Part shown: positions 51,791-64,000 of the stretch, piece after piece
Position numbering within the stretch: position 1 is the first letter of the stretch
How the letters are laid out: the number at the start of each line of letters is the position of its first letter
DNA from: Squalus acanthias
Taxonomy: Eukaryota
Reading direction: 5' to 3'
Assembly: GCA_030390025.1 (NCBI GenBank)
Contig: CM059431.1
Span: 157,730,001-157,794,000, forward strand
Length of the DNA: 64,000 bases
Made by a program: the position numbers and the translations under genes
The notes under the pieces: model-generated
Database searches by the model: none
Told to the model about the DNA's origin: nothing
The model's input: the letters and a program-made list of their open reading frames with translations, nothing else

Positions 51791-54700
51791 TGTCACTTTA
51801 AATGGCCACGTAGCTTGTGTTGCACAGAGCGGGGTCCCGCCCTGCCCGCCCGGCTGCTGTGTGTGGACATTGTTTGGAGCCGCTCACAGGCTGTACTGCT
51901 GCTCACAAACACATCCAAGCAGGCAGCACATGGTGAGGAAGCAAGGAAGGAATGGCGGCTGCAGCTCGCCAGCTCGTCTCCTCTGTGAGTGAGTGAGTGA
52001 GTGAGTGTGAAGCTCAGGACCACAAGGGGCTGGGGTAGTGGCCTGGGGTTTGAAGGGGGTGAACAGCCATGAAGGGGGTGATTGGCGCCCCAGGAGATGG
52101 GCACGGAGGGAGGGTGAAAAGAAGAAAATATAATCAAGAATCTAATAATAACATATATACTTTGCTTCTGTAAACAAAATGTCTGTCTGAGATTTGAGTG
52201 GAGTGGAATAAAATGAATAGAAATATCCCACAGCAGCTTTTGCTCTGAAAACATTCCACAAATATTACCCAATAAAGCTCAGTGCAGAAAAAATCAAGTG
52301 GATTTATTATTCTGAAAGTAATAAAAAAGTAAATATAATATATATATACTTTGCTTTTAGAAAAGTCTTGTCTTGTATTGGTTGGGTTGGTAATGAAAGG
52401 GAGAGTAAGATCCCACAGCAGGATATGCTCTGACACACCCCACAAACATTCCCCTATAAAGGCCAGTCCTGAAAAAAAATCACATGGCTTGATGTATATA
52501 TGTAGCTTTAATTTTTACAAAAGTCTTGAAAGAAAGGCAAAGTAAGATCCCACACAAGCAGGGTCCGGAATGAAATAGTATGATCTAATGGTGTATACTT
52601 TCTGTTTTTTTCAGCCATGAGATGCAGAACCAATGCACATGGCAGGTAACTTGAAATCAGACAAGCCCTGCATACACACTAGCGTTTGCTGTCTGTCTGT
52701 CTCTCTCACTCACACACATACACACACACAGGCCAGCCTGCTAATTGCTACACAACACTGTCAGCAATGAAAGAAAGTTGATTTACATCATTGCTCTGCT
52801 GTGTTTGGCAGTTTAAAAGCTGAAACACTTTTCAGTATCTTCTCTTTCCATCTTGCGGCCTACAGAAAAAGGCTCTATATTCTACATCAAAAGCAAAATA
52901 TTGTGGAAGCGGGAAATCGGAAATAAAATTAGAAAATGCTCGAAGTACTCAGTAGTTCAAGAAGCAACTGTTATGAGAGAAAAACATAGTTAATGTTTCA
53001 GCTGAATGACCTTTCATCAGAACCTTGCCAGAATCTGATGAAAGGTCATCGAGCTGAAACATTAACTCGGTTTCTCTCTCTCTCCACAGTTGCTGCCTGA
53101 CCTGCTGAGTATTTCCAACATTTTCCACTATGATTTCTGTTCTGCATATTGTCTTGATTTCATGTGTCTCTCTCACTGCCTGCCTGGTCTCAATTTGAGT
53201 GGAGTGGAATATAAAGAATGCAAAGATCCCACAGTAGCTTTTACTATCTGATGCTCCACAAAATATTTTTCAGTTTCTTAACGTTTTACTTTGCGGCCTA
53301 CAGCAACAGCCTTTCTATTCTGCATCTTGGCTTTTGATTTCATGTCTTTCTCTCTCACTGACTGTCTGTGTGTCTCTCTCACACTCACACACTCTCCTTC
53401 CCATCCACATTGAGCTAAAATTTACAGTGACATGACACACAGACTCACACAGACTCTGCAATTTGCAAAAACTAACACTCACACACACTGATCCATTTTG
53501 AAAGTGGTGTAGCCTGGGAGTGTCAATTTTTGATGAGAAATCGGGCCCCCGAGAGGAAATGAAAGCCCGAGAGAGTGAAAAGAAGTAAATACAATCAGGA
53601 ATAAATAATATATATATACTTTACTTTTGTTAATTAATGGCTGCATGCCTGTGATAGGCATGGAGTGGAATAAAATGAATGGAAAGATCCCTGAGCAGCT
53701 TTTGCTCTGAAAACATCCCAAGCACATTCCCCAATAAAGCCCAGTCCAGAAAAAATTAAAATGGATTATTCTGAAAATAATTTTAAAATATAATATATAC
53801 TCTTTTTATTACAAAAGTCTTGTTTTGTTTGTGTTGGGCTGAAGGGGAGAGTACGATCCCACAACAGGAAATGCCATGAAACACTCCACAAAACATTCCC
53901 CTATAAAGTCCAGTCCAGAAAAATAACAAATGGCTTGATGTATATATGTAGCCTTGCTTTTCACAAAATTCTTGAGAGAAAGGCAAAGTAAGATCCCACA
54001 GCAGTGCAGAATGGGATGCAATCAGTATGATCTAATGGTATATACTTTCTGTTTTTGTCAGGCATGAGATGCAGTACCAAAGCCCATGGCAGGTAACTTG
54101 AACAGAGACAAGCCCTGAATACACACCAGCTTTTGCTGTCTGTCTGTCTGTCTCTCTCTATCTCACTCACCCACACACATACACACACACACAGGCCTTC
54201 CTGCAAAATTGCCCCACAACACTGTCAGCAATGAAAGAAAGTTTATTTATATCATTCCTCTGCTGTGTTCAGCAGTTTAAAAGCAAACAGACACTTTTCA
54301 GTATCTTATCTTTACATTTTGCGGCCTACAGACACAGACTTTCCATTCTGCATCAAAAGCAAATGCTGTGTATGTGGGAAATCTCAAATAAAAACAGAAA
54401 ATGCTGGAAATCCTCCGCAGGTCAGGCAGCATCTGTGGAGAGACAGACAAACAGAGTTGATATTTCAGCTCGATGACCTTTCGTCAGATTCTGGCAAGGT
54501 TCTGACGAAAGGTCACGCCACAGATGCTGCCTAACCTACTGAGTATTTCCAGCATTTTCTGTTGTATTTCTATTCTGTATGTTGTCTTGATTTCGTGTGT
54601 CTCTCTCACTGCCTGCCTGCCTTGTCTTGATTTGAGTGGAGTGGAATAAAAAGAATGCAAAGATGCCACAGCAGCTTTTACTGTAAGACAGCCCACAAAG

Positions 54701-55528
54701 ATTCTTTTCAATATCTCAGTGACTGGCTGTCTGTCTTGAAGTGAAGTGAAATAAAGTGCGATGAAGTGATACACAACACCATTACATGTGGATCAGTCCA
54801 GAATGAAATAAATCGGGTTTAATACAACAACAGCAGCTAATAAGACACTAGACCACATCTCACACAAACACTTGCTTTTGCCCTCTCTCTCTCACACACA
54901 CACACCATGGCCAGCGTACAGAAGGATGACTGCTGTGTTGGAAGACTAATACCAAAAGGACACTTTTCAGTACCTTATTCTTCCACTTTGTGGCAGACAG
55001 AAACAGGCTTTCTATTCTGCAACTTGCCTTTTGATTTCATGTCTCTCTCTCTCACTGACTGTCTCTCTGTCTGTCACTCACACAGTCTCCCTCCCACCCA
55101 TATTGAACTAAAGTTTACATTAACATGACACACACACTGAAACAGACACTGAAATTTGCAGAAACACAGAAACTGACGCTCATACAGACACATACACACA
55201 GAGTCTGCAATTTGTAGAAACACAGACACCCACGCACATACAGACACACTCACACAGACTCTGCAATTTGCAGAAACACAGACACCCACGCACACACCGA
55301 CACACTGACACAGACTCTGCAATTTGCAGAAACACAGACACCCACGCACACACCGACACACTGACACAGACTCTGCAATTTGCAGACACCCACTCACATA
55401 CAGACACACTCACACAGACTCCGCAGTTTTCAGAAACTCACACACACATTTATTTTGAAAGATGTGCAGCCTGGGAGTGTCAATTTTTGATGATGTCCCT
55501 TCCTGGCCTTGCGGGCATGTTTAATGAG

Positions 55529-55654
55529 TGAGAAGTCGAACATCACCAGGTTATAGTCCAACAGTTTTATTTGAAATCACAAGCTTTCGGAGCTGCTGCC
55601 CCTTCGTCAGGTGAAGTTTTTGTTCACCCCAGTCCAACACCGGCATCTCCGCAT
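55529..55654 (-). mobile_element. 126-bp Penelope-type mini retroelement with 13-bp TSD
   Basis: catgtttaatgag duplicated at 55516-55528 and 55655-55667; single copy (catgtttgatgag, 57578-57590) in the paralogous unit. Confidence 0.9.
55577..55614 (-). ncRNA. Minimal type-I hammerhead ribozyme motif
   Basis: Minus strand reads ucac-CUGACGA-a-ggggc-agca-gcucc-GAAA-GC-UU-guga: intact core, stem I ucac/guga, stem II ggggc/gcucc, palindromic stem III AGCU. Confidence 0.72.
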
Positions 55655-56291
55655 CATGTTTAATGAGGACAAGCAAACAGGAAGAAGTGAAGCCGAGGCC
55701 CAAGAAATCCGGGTCCCCGAGAGGAAATGAAACCCGGGAGAATAAAAAGAAGTAAATACAATCAGGAATAGATAATAATATATATACTTTACTTTTGTTA
55801 ACTAAATGTCTGCCTATCAGTGGTTTGCCTGGAATGTAATAAAATAAATGGAACGATCCCACGGCAGCCTTTGCACTGAAAACATCCCAAGCACATTCCA
55901 AAATAATGCCCAGTCCAGAAAAAAATCTAACAGTTATTCTGAAAATATTAAAAAATATATAATATATACATTGTCTTGTTTGGGTTCGGCTGAAGGGGAG
56001 AGTAAGATCCCACAGCAGGATATGACATGAAACACTTCACAAACATGCCCCTATAAAGTCCAGTCCAGAAAAATATCAAATGGGTTGATGTATATATGTA
56101 GCGTTGCTTTTTAAAACATTCTTAAAAGAAAGGCAAGGTAAGATCCACAGCAGCGCAGTCTGGAATGAAATCAGTATGATCTAATGGTGTATACTTTCTG
56201 CTTTTTTCAGACATGAGATGTTGTACCAATGCACACAGCAGATAACTTGAACACAGACAAGCCCTGCATACACAATCGCTTTTGCTGTATG

Positions 56292-56345
<54 letters not shown>

Positions 56346-57593
56346 GCCTTCCTGCAAAACTGTCACAAAACACTGTCAGCAAAGAAAGAACGTTGATTTC
56401 TATCATTCCTCTGCTGTGTTCGGCAGTTTAAAATGAAACAGAGAGTTTTAGTATCTTATCTTTTCATTTTGCGGCTTACAGAAACAGGCTTTCTATTCTG
56501 CATCAAAAGCAAAAGTTGTGGATGTGGAAAATCTGAAATAAATACAGAAAATGCTGGAAATACTCAGCAGGTCAGGCAAAATCTGCGGAGAGAGAGAGAA
56601 AGAGAGTTAACATTTCAGCTCGTTGACCTTTCGTCAGATTCTGGCAAAGTTCTGACGAAAGGTCATCGAGCTGAAAAGTTAACTCTGATTCTCTCTCTCT
56701 CACCACAGATGCTAACTGACCTGCTGAGTATTTCCAGCACTATCTGTTTTTAGTTCTATTCTGCATGTTGTCCTGATTTCATGTGTCTCTCTCACTGCCT
56801 GCCTGCTTTCTCTTGATTTGAGTGGAGTGGAATAAAAAAGAATGCAAAGATTCCACAGCAGCTACTACTGTCAGACAGTCCACAAAAACATTTTTCAGTA
56901 TCTCACTGACTGACTGTCTGTCTTGTAGTGAAGTGAAATGAAATAAAGTGCAATAAAGTGATACACAACAGCATTACATGTGGACCAGGCCAGAATGAAA
57001 TCAATGTTTTTTATACAACAACAGCAGGTCATAAGACAGCAGACAACATCTCACACAAACTCTAGCATTTGCTCTCTCCCTCTCTCTCTCTCTCACACAC
57101 ACACACACTCACAGCCAGGCCAGACTGCAAAGGGATGACTGACGTGTTGGAAGATTAAAACCAAAAAGACACTTTTCAGTATCTTATCTTTTCACTTTGT
57201 GGCCTACAGAAACAGGCTTTCTATTCTGCAACTTGCCTTTTGATTTCATGTCTCTCTCACTCTCACTGACTTTCTGTCTGTCTGTCTGTCACTCACACAG
57301 TCTCCCTCCCACCCACATTGAACTAAAATGGACAGCGGCATGACACACAGTGTGAGTCACAGCCTCTGCAATTTGCAGACACACCGACACCCACGCACAT
57401 ACAGACACACTCACACGGACTGCAATTTGCAGAAACACAGACACCCTTGCACATACAGACACACTCACACAGACTCTGCAATTTTCAGAAACTAACTCTC
57501 TCACGCAAACATCCATTTTGAAAGGGGTGCAGCCTGACAGTGTCTATTTTTGATGATGTCCTTTCCTGCCTGTTAGCCATGTTTGATGAGGAC

Positions 57594-60500
57594 TTCACTT
57601 GGCCAGTGCTGGGACTAGTGTCCTGGCGAATCGAATAACTAGGGCTGTGGAGAGGGCTTTAAACTAATTAGTGGGGGGGAGGTTTCAAGAGAGCAAAAAA
57701 TAAAAATGACAACAGAGAGGGTCATAGACATAGGTAGCAGTAGGGGAATCACAAATCAGAGCGTGGCAGGAAGGGACAGAGTGTGTGGAGTAAAAGGTAA
57801 ACTGGTAAAAAGTGAAAAAGCAGGAACTAAGTGCCACAAAGCATATTTGAAAGTTCTCTATCTGAATGCACGTAGCATTCGTAACAAAATAGACGAGTTA
57901 ATGGCACAAATAACTACATATGGTTATGATATTGTGGCCATTACAGAAACATGGCTGCAGGGTGACAATGCCTGGGAATTAAACATACCAGGTTATTTAA
58001 CGATCAGGAAGGACAGGCAGGAAGGAAGGGGAGGTGGGGTGGCTATGTTAATAAAGGAAGGAATCACTGTAATCCAGAGTAATGATATTGGGTCAAAAAT
58101 CATGATAATGAAACAGTTTGGGTGGAGATAAGGAATAATAAGGGGAAAAAAACATTAGTGGGCGTAGTCTATAGGCCTCCGAACAGTTGCAACTCTATTG
58201 GACGGAGTATCAATCAGGAAATAGTTGAGGCATGTAATAAGGGAACATCTATAATTATGGGGGATTTTAACTATCATATTAATTGGACAAATCAAATGGG
58301 GCAGGGCTGCCTTGAGGATGAGTTCATTGAGTGTATTAGGGATGGGTTTCTTGAGCAGTATGTAACTGAACCGACCAGGGGGCAAGCAACCTTAGATCTG
58401 GTCCTGTGTAACGAGACAGGATTAATTAAAAATGTCCTAGTAAAGGATCCCCTTGGAATGAGTGACCATAACATGGTTGAATTCCATATTCAATTAGAGG
58501 GTGAGAAGGTTGGATCTCAAACAAGCGTGCTAAGCTTGAATAAAGGAGACTATGAAGGTATGCGAGCGGAATTGAGTAGAGTGGATTGGGAAAATAGATT
58601 AAAGGGTAAGACGACACATGATCAGTGGTGTACATTCAAGGAGTTATTTTACAACTTCCAAAAAATATATATTCCACTGAAAAGAAAAGGGTGTAAAAGA
58701 AAGGACAGTCATCCGTGGCTAAGTAAAGAAATTAAGGATAGTATTCGACTAAAAACAAGGGCATATAAGGTAGCGAAATCTAGTGGGAGGACAGAGGATT
58801 GGGAAAACTTTAAAAGGCAGCAAAAAATAACAAAAAGATTGATTAAGAAAGGGAAGATAGATTATGAAAGTAAATTAGCAAAAAATATAAAAACAGATAG
58901 TAAGAGTTTTTATAGTTATATAAAAAGAAAAAGGGTGGCTAAAGTAAATGTTGGTCCCTTAGAGGATGAGACCGGGAAATTAATGGTGGGAAATATGGAG
59001 ATGGCAAAAACACTGAATGAATATTTTGTATCAGTCTTTACAGTAGAGGACACTAAGAATATCCCAACACTGGACAAACAGGGGGCTATAGGGGGAGAGG
59101 AGCTAAACACGATCAAAATCACTAAGGAAGTGGTACTCGGTAAAATAATGGGACTCAAGGCGGATAAATCACCTGGACCTGATGGCTTACATCCTAGAGT
59201 CTTGAAGGAAGTGGCGGTAGGGATTGTAGATGCATTGGTAATAATTTTTCAAAACTCCCTGGATTCCGCTAAGGTCCCGGCAGACTGGAAAACTGCTAAT
59301 GTAACACCCTTATTTAAAAAGGGCAGTAGACAGAAGGCTGGTAACTATAGACCGGTTAGCCTAACATCTGTGGTAGGTAAAATTTTGGAGTCCATTATTA
59401 AGGAAACAGTAACAGGACATTTGGATAATCATAATTTAATAGGACAAAGTCAGCATGGTTTTACGAAGGGGAAGTCATGTTTGACAAATTTGCTGGAGTT
59501 CTTTGAGGAAGTAACATATAGAGTGGATAAAGGGGAACCAGTGGACGTAGTGTATTTAGACTTCCAAAAGGCATTTGACAAGGTGCCACACAAAAGATTA
59601 TTGCTTAAGGTAAAAAATCACGGGATTGGGGGCAATATTCTGGCATGGATAGAGGATTGGCTATCTAACAGAAAGCAAAGAGTTGGGATAAATGGTTCAT
59701 TCTCAGACTGGCAATCAGTAACTAGTGGTGTTCCACAGGGGTCAGTGCTGGGTCCCCAACTCTTCACAATCTATATTAACGATTTGGAGGAAGGGACCAA
59801 GTGTAACATATCAAAATTTGCAGATGATACAAAGATGGGAGGGAAAGTAGTGAGTGAGGAGGACATAAAAAACCTGCAAGGGGACATAGACAGGCTAAGT
59901 AAGTGGGCAGAGATTTGGCAGATGGAATACAACACTGGAAAGTGTGAGGTGATGCACTTTGGCAGGAAAAATCCTAGAGCAATTTATTATCTTAATGGCA
60001 AGAAACTGGAGAGTACTGAAGTGCAAAGGGATCTGGGGGTCCTGGTGCACGAAACTCAAAAGGTTAGTATGCAGGTGCAGCAAGTGATTAAGAAGGCAAA
60101 TGGAATGTTGGCTTTCATTGCTAGGGGGATAGAATATAAAAATAGGGAGGTATTGCTTCAGTTGTACAAGGTATTGGTGAGACCGCACCTGGAATACTGC
60201 ATACAGTTTTGGTGTCCTTACTTAAGGAAAGACATCCTTGCTCTCGAGGCAGTGCAAAAAAGGTTCACTCGGTTAATCCCGGGGATGAGGGGGTGGTCAT
60301 ATGAGGAGAGGTTGGGTAGATTGGGACTCTACTCATTGGAGTTCAGAAGAATGAGAGGCGATCTTATTGAAACATATAAGATTGTGAAGGGGTTGGATCG
60401 GGTGGATGCGGGGAGGATGTTCCCGATGACGGGTGAGACGAGAACTAGGGGACATAGTCTTAGAATAAGGGGCTGCTCTTTCAAAACTGAGATGAGGAGG

Positions 60501-60888
60501 AACTACTTCACTCAGAGGGTGGTAGGTCCATGGAATATGCTGCCACAAAAAGCTGTAGAAGCTACAACATTAATTAAATTTAAAACAGAAATAGACAGTT
60601 TCCTAGAAGTAAAGGGCATTAAGGGTTACGGGGAGCGGGCAGCAATTTGGACATGAGTCTAGGTTCGGATCGGTCATGGCCCTGTGGGTAGTGGAGCGGG
60701 CCCAGGGACTGTGTAGCCTGATTCTGCTCCTATTTCGTGTGTGCAATTCTGTTAGATGCAGGAGATGGTTCTGTGATGGATAGTAGATTGGCGGTTAGGA
60801 TCAGATCAGCCATGATCTTATTGAATGGCGGAGCAGGCTCGAGGGGCCGATTGGCCTACTCCTGCTCCTATTTCTTATGTTCTTATGT
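57594..60888 (+). mobile_element. Young CR1 LINE: ORF1 C-terminus + almost intact ORF2 (APE + RT)
   Basis: ORF1 end LHLASAGTSVLANRITRAVERALN*; APE 'YLNARSIRNK..YDIVAITETWL' (57706-58131); one frameshift at ~58100; 844-aa continuation with [22 protein letters not shown]; (ttcttatg)n tail. Confidence 0.97.
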
Positions 60889-62001
60889 AATCCAACAGGG
60901 AGAGGTGAAGCCAAGGCCACAGAAATCCGGGTCCCCACGAGGAATTGAATGACTGGGAGGGTGAAAAGATGCAAATGCAACCATGGATAAATACTAATAT
61001 ATCTACTTTACTTTTGTTAACTAAATATCTGCCTGTCTGCGATTAGCGTGGAATGAAATAAAATGAATGGAGAGATTGCACAGCAGCTTTTGCTTGGAAA
61101 ACAGCCCAAGCACATTCCCCAATAAAGCTCAGTCCCGAAAAACATCAAATGGATTATTCCGAAAATATTTTTTAAATATATAATAATAATACGTTGTTTT
61201 TACAAAAGTCTTGACTTGGTTTGGTTGGGTTGGGCTTAATGGTAGGCTAAGATCCCACCGCATGATATGCTCTGAAACACCCCACAAAAATTCCTCGATA
61301 AAGTCCAGTCCAGAAAAAATCAATTGAGTTGATGTATATATGTAGCTTTGCTTTTTACAAAAGTCTTTAAAGAAAGGAAAGGTATGATCTCACAGTATTT
61401 CAGTCTGGTATTAAATCAGTATGATCTAATGGTGTATATTTTCTGTTTTTTTCAAGACATGAGATGCAGTAGCAATGCACACAGCAGGTAACTTGAACTT
61501 AGTCAAACCCTGCATACACATCAGCGTTTGCTGTCTCTCTCTCTCACACACACAAACACACACACACAGGCCAGCCTGCAAAATTGCCAAGCAACATTCT
61601 CAGCAAAGAAAGAATCTTTATTTCTCTCATTGCTCTGCTGTGTTTGGCAGTTTAAAAGCAAAAATACACTTTTCAGTATCTTATATTTTCATTTTGCGGC
61701 CTGCAGATACAGGCTTTCTATTCTGAATCAAAAGTAAAATAAAGCGGAAGATTGAAATGGGAATTAAAACAGAAACTGTTGGAAATACTCAGCAGTTCAG
61801 GCAGCATCTGTGGAGAGAGAGAGAAACAGAGTTAACGTTTCAGCTCGATGACCTTTTGTCAGATTCTGTCAAGGTCCTGACGAAAGTTCATCGACCTGAA
61901 ACATGAAATCTGTTCCTCTCTCCACAGATGCTGCCTGACCTGCTGAGTATTTCCAGCATTTTCTGTTTTGATTTCTATTCTGCATGTTGTCTTGATTCCA
62001 T

Positions 62002-63006
62002 CTGTTCACAATTTACATTAATGACCTGGATCAGGGAGTCGGATGCAGCATTTCCAAATTTGCAGACGACACTAAACTAGGAGGGGGGGTGGGCTCAGAG
62101 GAGGAGACCAGGAAGCTCCAGAGCGATTTGGACAGGCTGGGTGATTGGGCGGATAAATGGCAGATGCACTATAATGTGGACAAGTGCGAAGTTATCCACC
62201 TTGGGTGCAGGAACGGGAGGGCAAATTATTATTTAAATGGCAATAAATTGGGAGAGGGGGAAGTACAGAGAGACCTGGGTGTTCTTGTACACCAGTCACT
62301 GAAGGCGAGCATGCAGGTGCAACAGGCGGTCAAGAAGGCAAACGGTATGCTGGCCTTCATAGCAAAAGGGTTGGAATACAGGAACAGGGATACCTTGCTG
62401 CAGCTGTACAGGGCACTGGTGAGACCACACCTCGAGTACTGTGTACAGTTTTGGTCGCCCCATCTGAGGAAAGATGTTCTTGCCATGGAGGGGGTGCAGC
62501 GGCGATTCACCAGGCTGATACCAGGAATGGCGGGATTGACCTATGAGGAGAGACTATGTAGTTTAGGGATGTACACACTGGAGTTTAGAAGATTGAGAGG
62601 GGACCTCATAGAAGTGTATAAAATTCTGACAGGTCTAGACAGACTAGATGCAGAAGGAATGTTTCCCTTGGCGGGTGAGAACAGAACTAGAGGACATAAT
62701 TTAAGGATAAGGGCTAAACCATTTAGGACAGAAATGAGGGGGAATTTCTTCACTCAGAGGGTGGTGAACCTGTGGAACTCATTGCCACAGAGGGCAGTGT
62801 ACGCCAGCTCATTAAATATATTTAAGAGGGAATTAGATATATTTCTACAGGCAAGAGGGGTTAAGGGTTACGGAGAGAAGACAGGGACGGGATACTGAAT
62901 TGGAGGATCAGCCATGATCTCATTAAATGGCGGAGCAGGCTCGAAGGGCCGGATGGCCTACTCCTGCTCCTATCTTCTATGTATCTATGTATCTATGTAT
63001 CTATGT
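62002..63006 (+). mobile_element. Young 5'-truncated CR1 LINE
   Basis: Uninterrupted RT C-terminus (FADDTKLGG...stop at 62898); (tatctatg)n tail; splits macro-repeat copy 4. Confidence 0.95.
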
Positions 63007-63294
63007 CTCTCTTACTGCCCGCCTGCCTGTCTTGGCGTGATTTGAGTGGAGGGGAATTAGAAGAATGCAAAGTTCCCACAGCAGCTTTTACTGTCAGAGC
63101 TCCTCCAGAGGGGACCGACTGAGGCCTCCTGCAGAGGGGACTGACCGAGGCCTCCCCCAGAGGTGCAGAAGGTAATGTGTTTTGAGGAATCTTTATTTAA
63201 TATATTAAAACAATGAAGCAAGTTATTGAAAATGTCGAGGAGACCAGGCGTGAGCTGAACTAAGCGGTGGAGTTTTATTAACACAACACAGGGA

Positions 63295-63600
63295 CAACAG
63301 CAATAATATGCATTTATACAGCGGCTTTAATATAATGAAACGACACAAGGCAATTCTCAGGCAAAATTCGACACTGAGCCACATGAAGATTTTAGGAGAG
63401 ATGGCCGAAAGCTCGGTGAAAGAGGTAGGTTTTAAGAAGCGTTTAATGGAGGAGGGGGGAATGGTAGAGCTGTGACGAGATTTGGGGAGGGATGTCCAGA
63501 GTTTAGGGCTTTCGCAGCTGAAGTCATGGCGCCAATGTGGATCAACAAAAGTCAAGGATGTGCATCAGGTCAGAGGAGTGGAGAGATATCCGAGGGTTGT
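63295..63600 (-). mobile_element. L2-type LINE 3' end
   Basis: gcatttatacagcggctttaa...gaggtaggttttaagaagcg; same family as 1-200. Confidence 0.55.
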
Positions 63601-63604
63601 ACGG

Positions 63605-64000
63605 ACACGTGTTTCAGAGTCTGACTCCTCACTGGGAGAGACACACACTGTACACAGGAACATTTCTTTCATAGTCGGACTATTCACTCGGAGAGAAGCA
63701 CGCTGTACACAGGGACACTTGTTACAGAGTCCGACTCCTCACTGGGAGAGACACACACTGTACACAGGGACACTTGTTACAGGGTCTGGCTCCTCACTGG
63801 GAGAGACACACACTGTACACAGGGACACTTGTTACAGGGTCTGACTCCTCACTGGCAGAGACACACACTGTACAAAGGGACACTTGTTACAGAGTCTGTC
63901 TCCTCACTGGGAGAGACACACATTGTACATAGGGACACTTGTTACAGGGTCTGACTCCTCACTGGCAGAGACACACACTGTACAAAGGGACACTTGTTAC
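63605..64000. repeat. 55-bp minisatellite running off the window end
   Basis: Unit cacttgttacagggtctgactcctcactgggagagacacacactgtacacaggga; period 55 (63771 to 63826). Confidence 0.95.

Larger units (their letters stand above)
52110..63105. repeat. Four tandem copies of a ~1.4-2 kb macro-repeat (~52110-53540, ~53545-55670, ~55670-57593, ~60889-63105), each with a palindromic Penelope-derived element and CA/CT microsatellites
   Basis: Recurrent blocks gtatgatctaatggtgtatactttctg, catgagatgcag, ccctataaagtccagtccagaaaa, gctttctattctgcatcaaaagc; a 56-bp sub-array is expanded at 55130-55440. Confidence 0.92.

Overview
Eukaryotic, repeat-dense genomic DNA, almost certainly from a cartilaginous fish (shark/ray). 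This is inferred from an HE1-type V-SINE, SacSINE1/DeuSINE-like elements, shark-type CR1 and Penelope repeats, and an elasmobranch-style NLR. The one clear host gene is a + strand NOD-like receptor (CARD-like / FISNA-like / NACHT / RI-type LRR). I reconstructed 8 coding exons (1945-27813) by hand. All have GT-AG boundaries and compatible phases, giving 888 aa with no internal stop; the start-codon exon lies upstream, probably outside the window. The rest is mostly CR1, L2, RTE, Tx1 and Penelope LINE fragments, SINEs, at least seven minisatellites, a tRNA-Lys pseudogene, a triplicated promoter/5'-exon-like cassette and a 4-copy ~1.4-2 kb macro-repeat. The most unusual signals are minimal type-I hammerhead-ribozyme motifs in Penelope-derived mini-elements. 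One is an intact motif in a 126-bp insertion with a perfect 13-bp TSD and a paralogous empty site, and inverted motif pairs are amplified in the macro-repeat. There is also an orphan NLR terminal exon on the opposite strand. Coordinates of degenerate repeats are approximate, and family names come from recalled consensus motifs, not from database searches.
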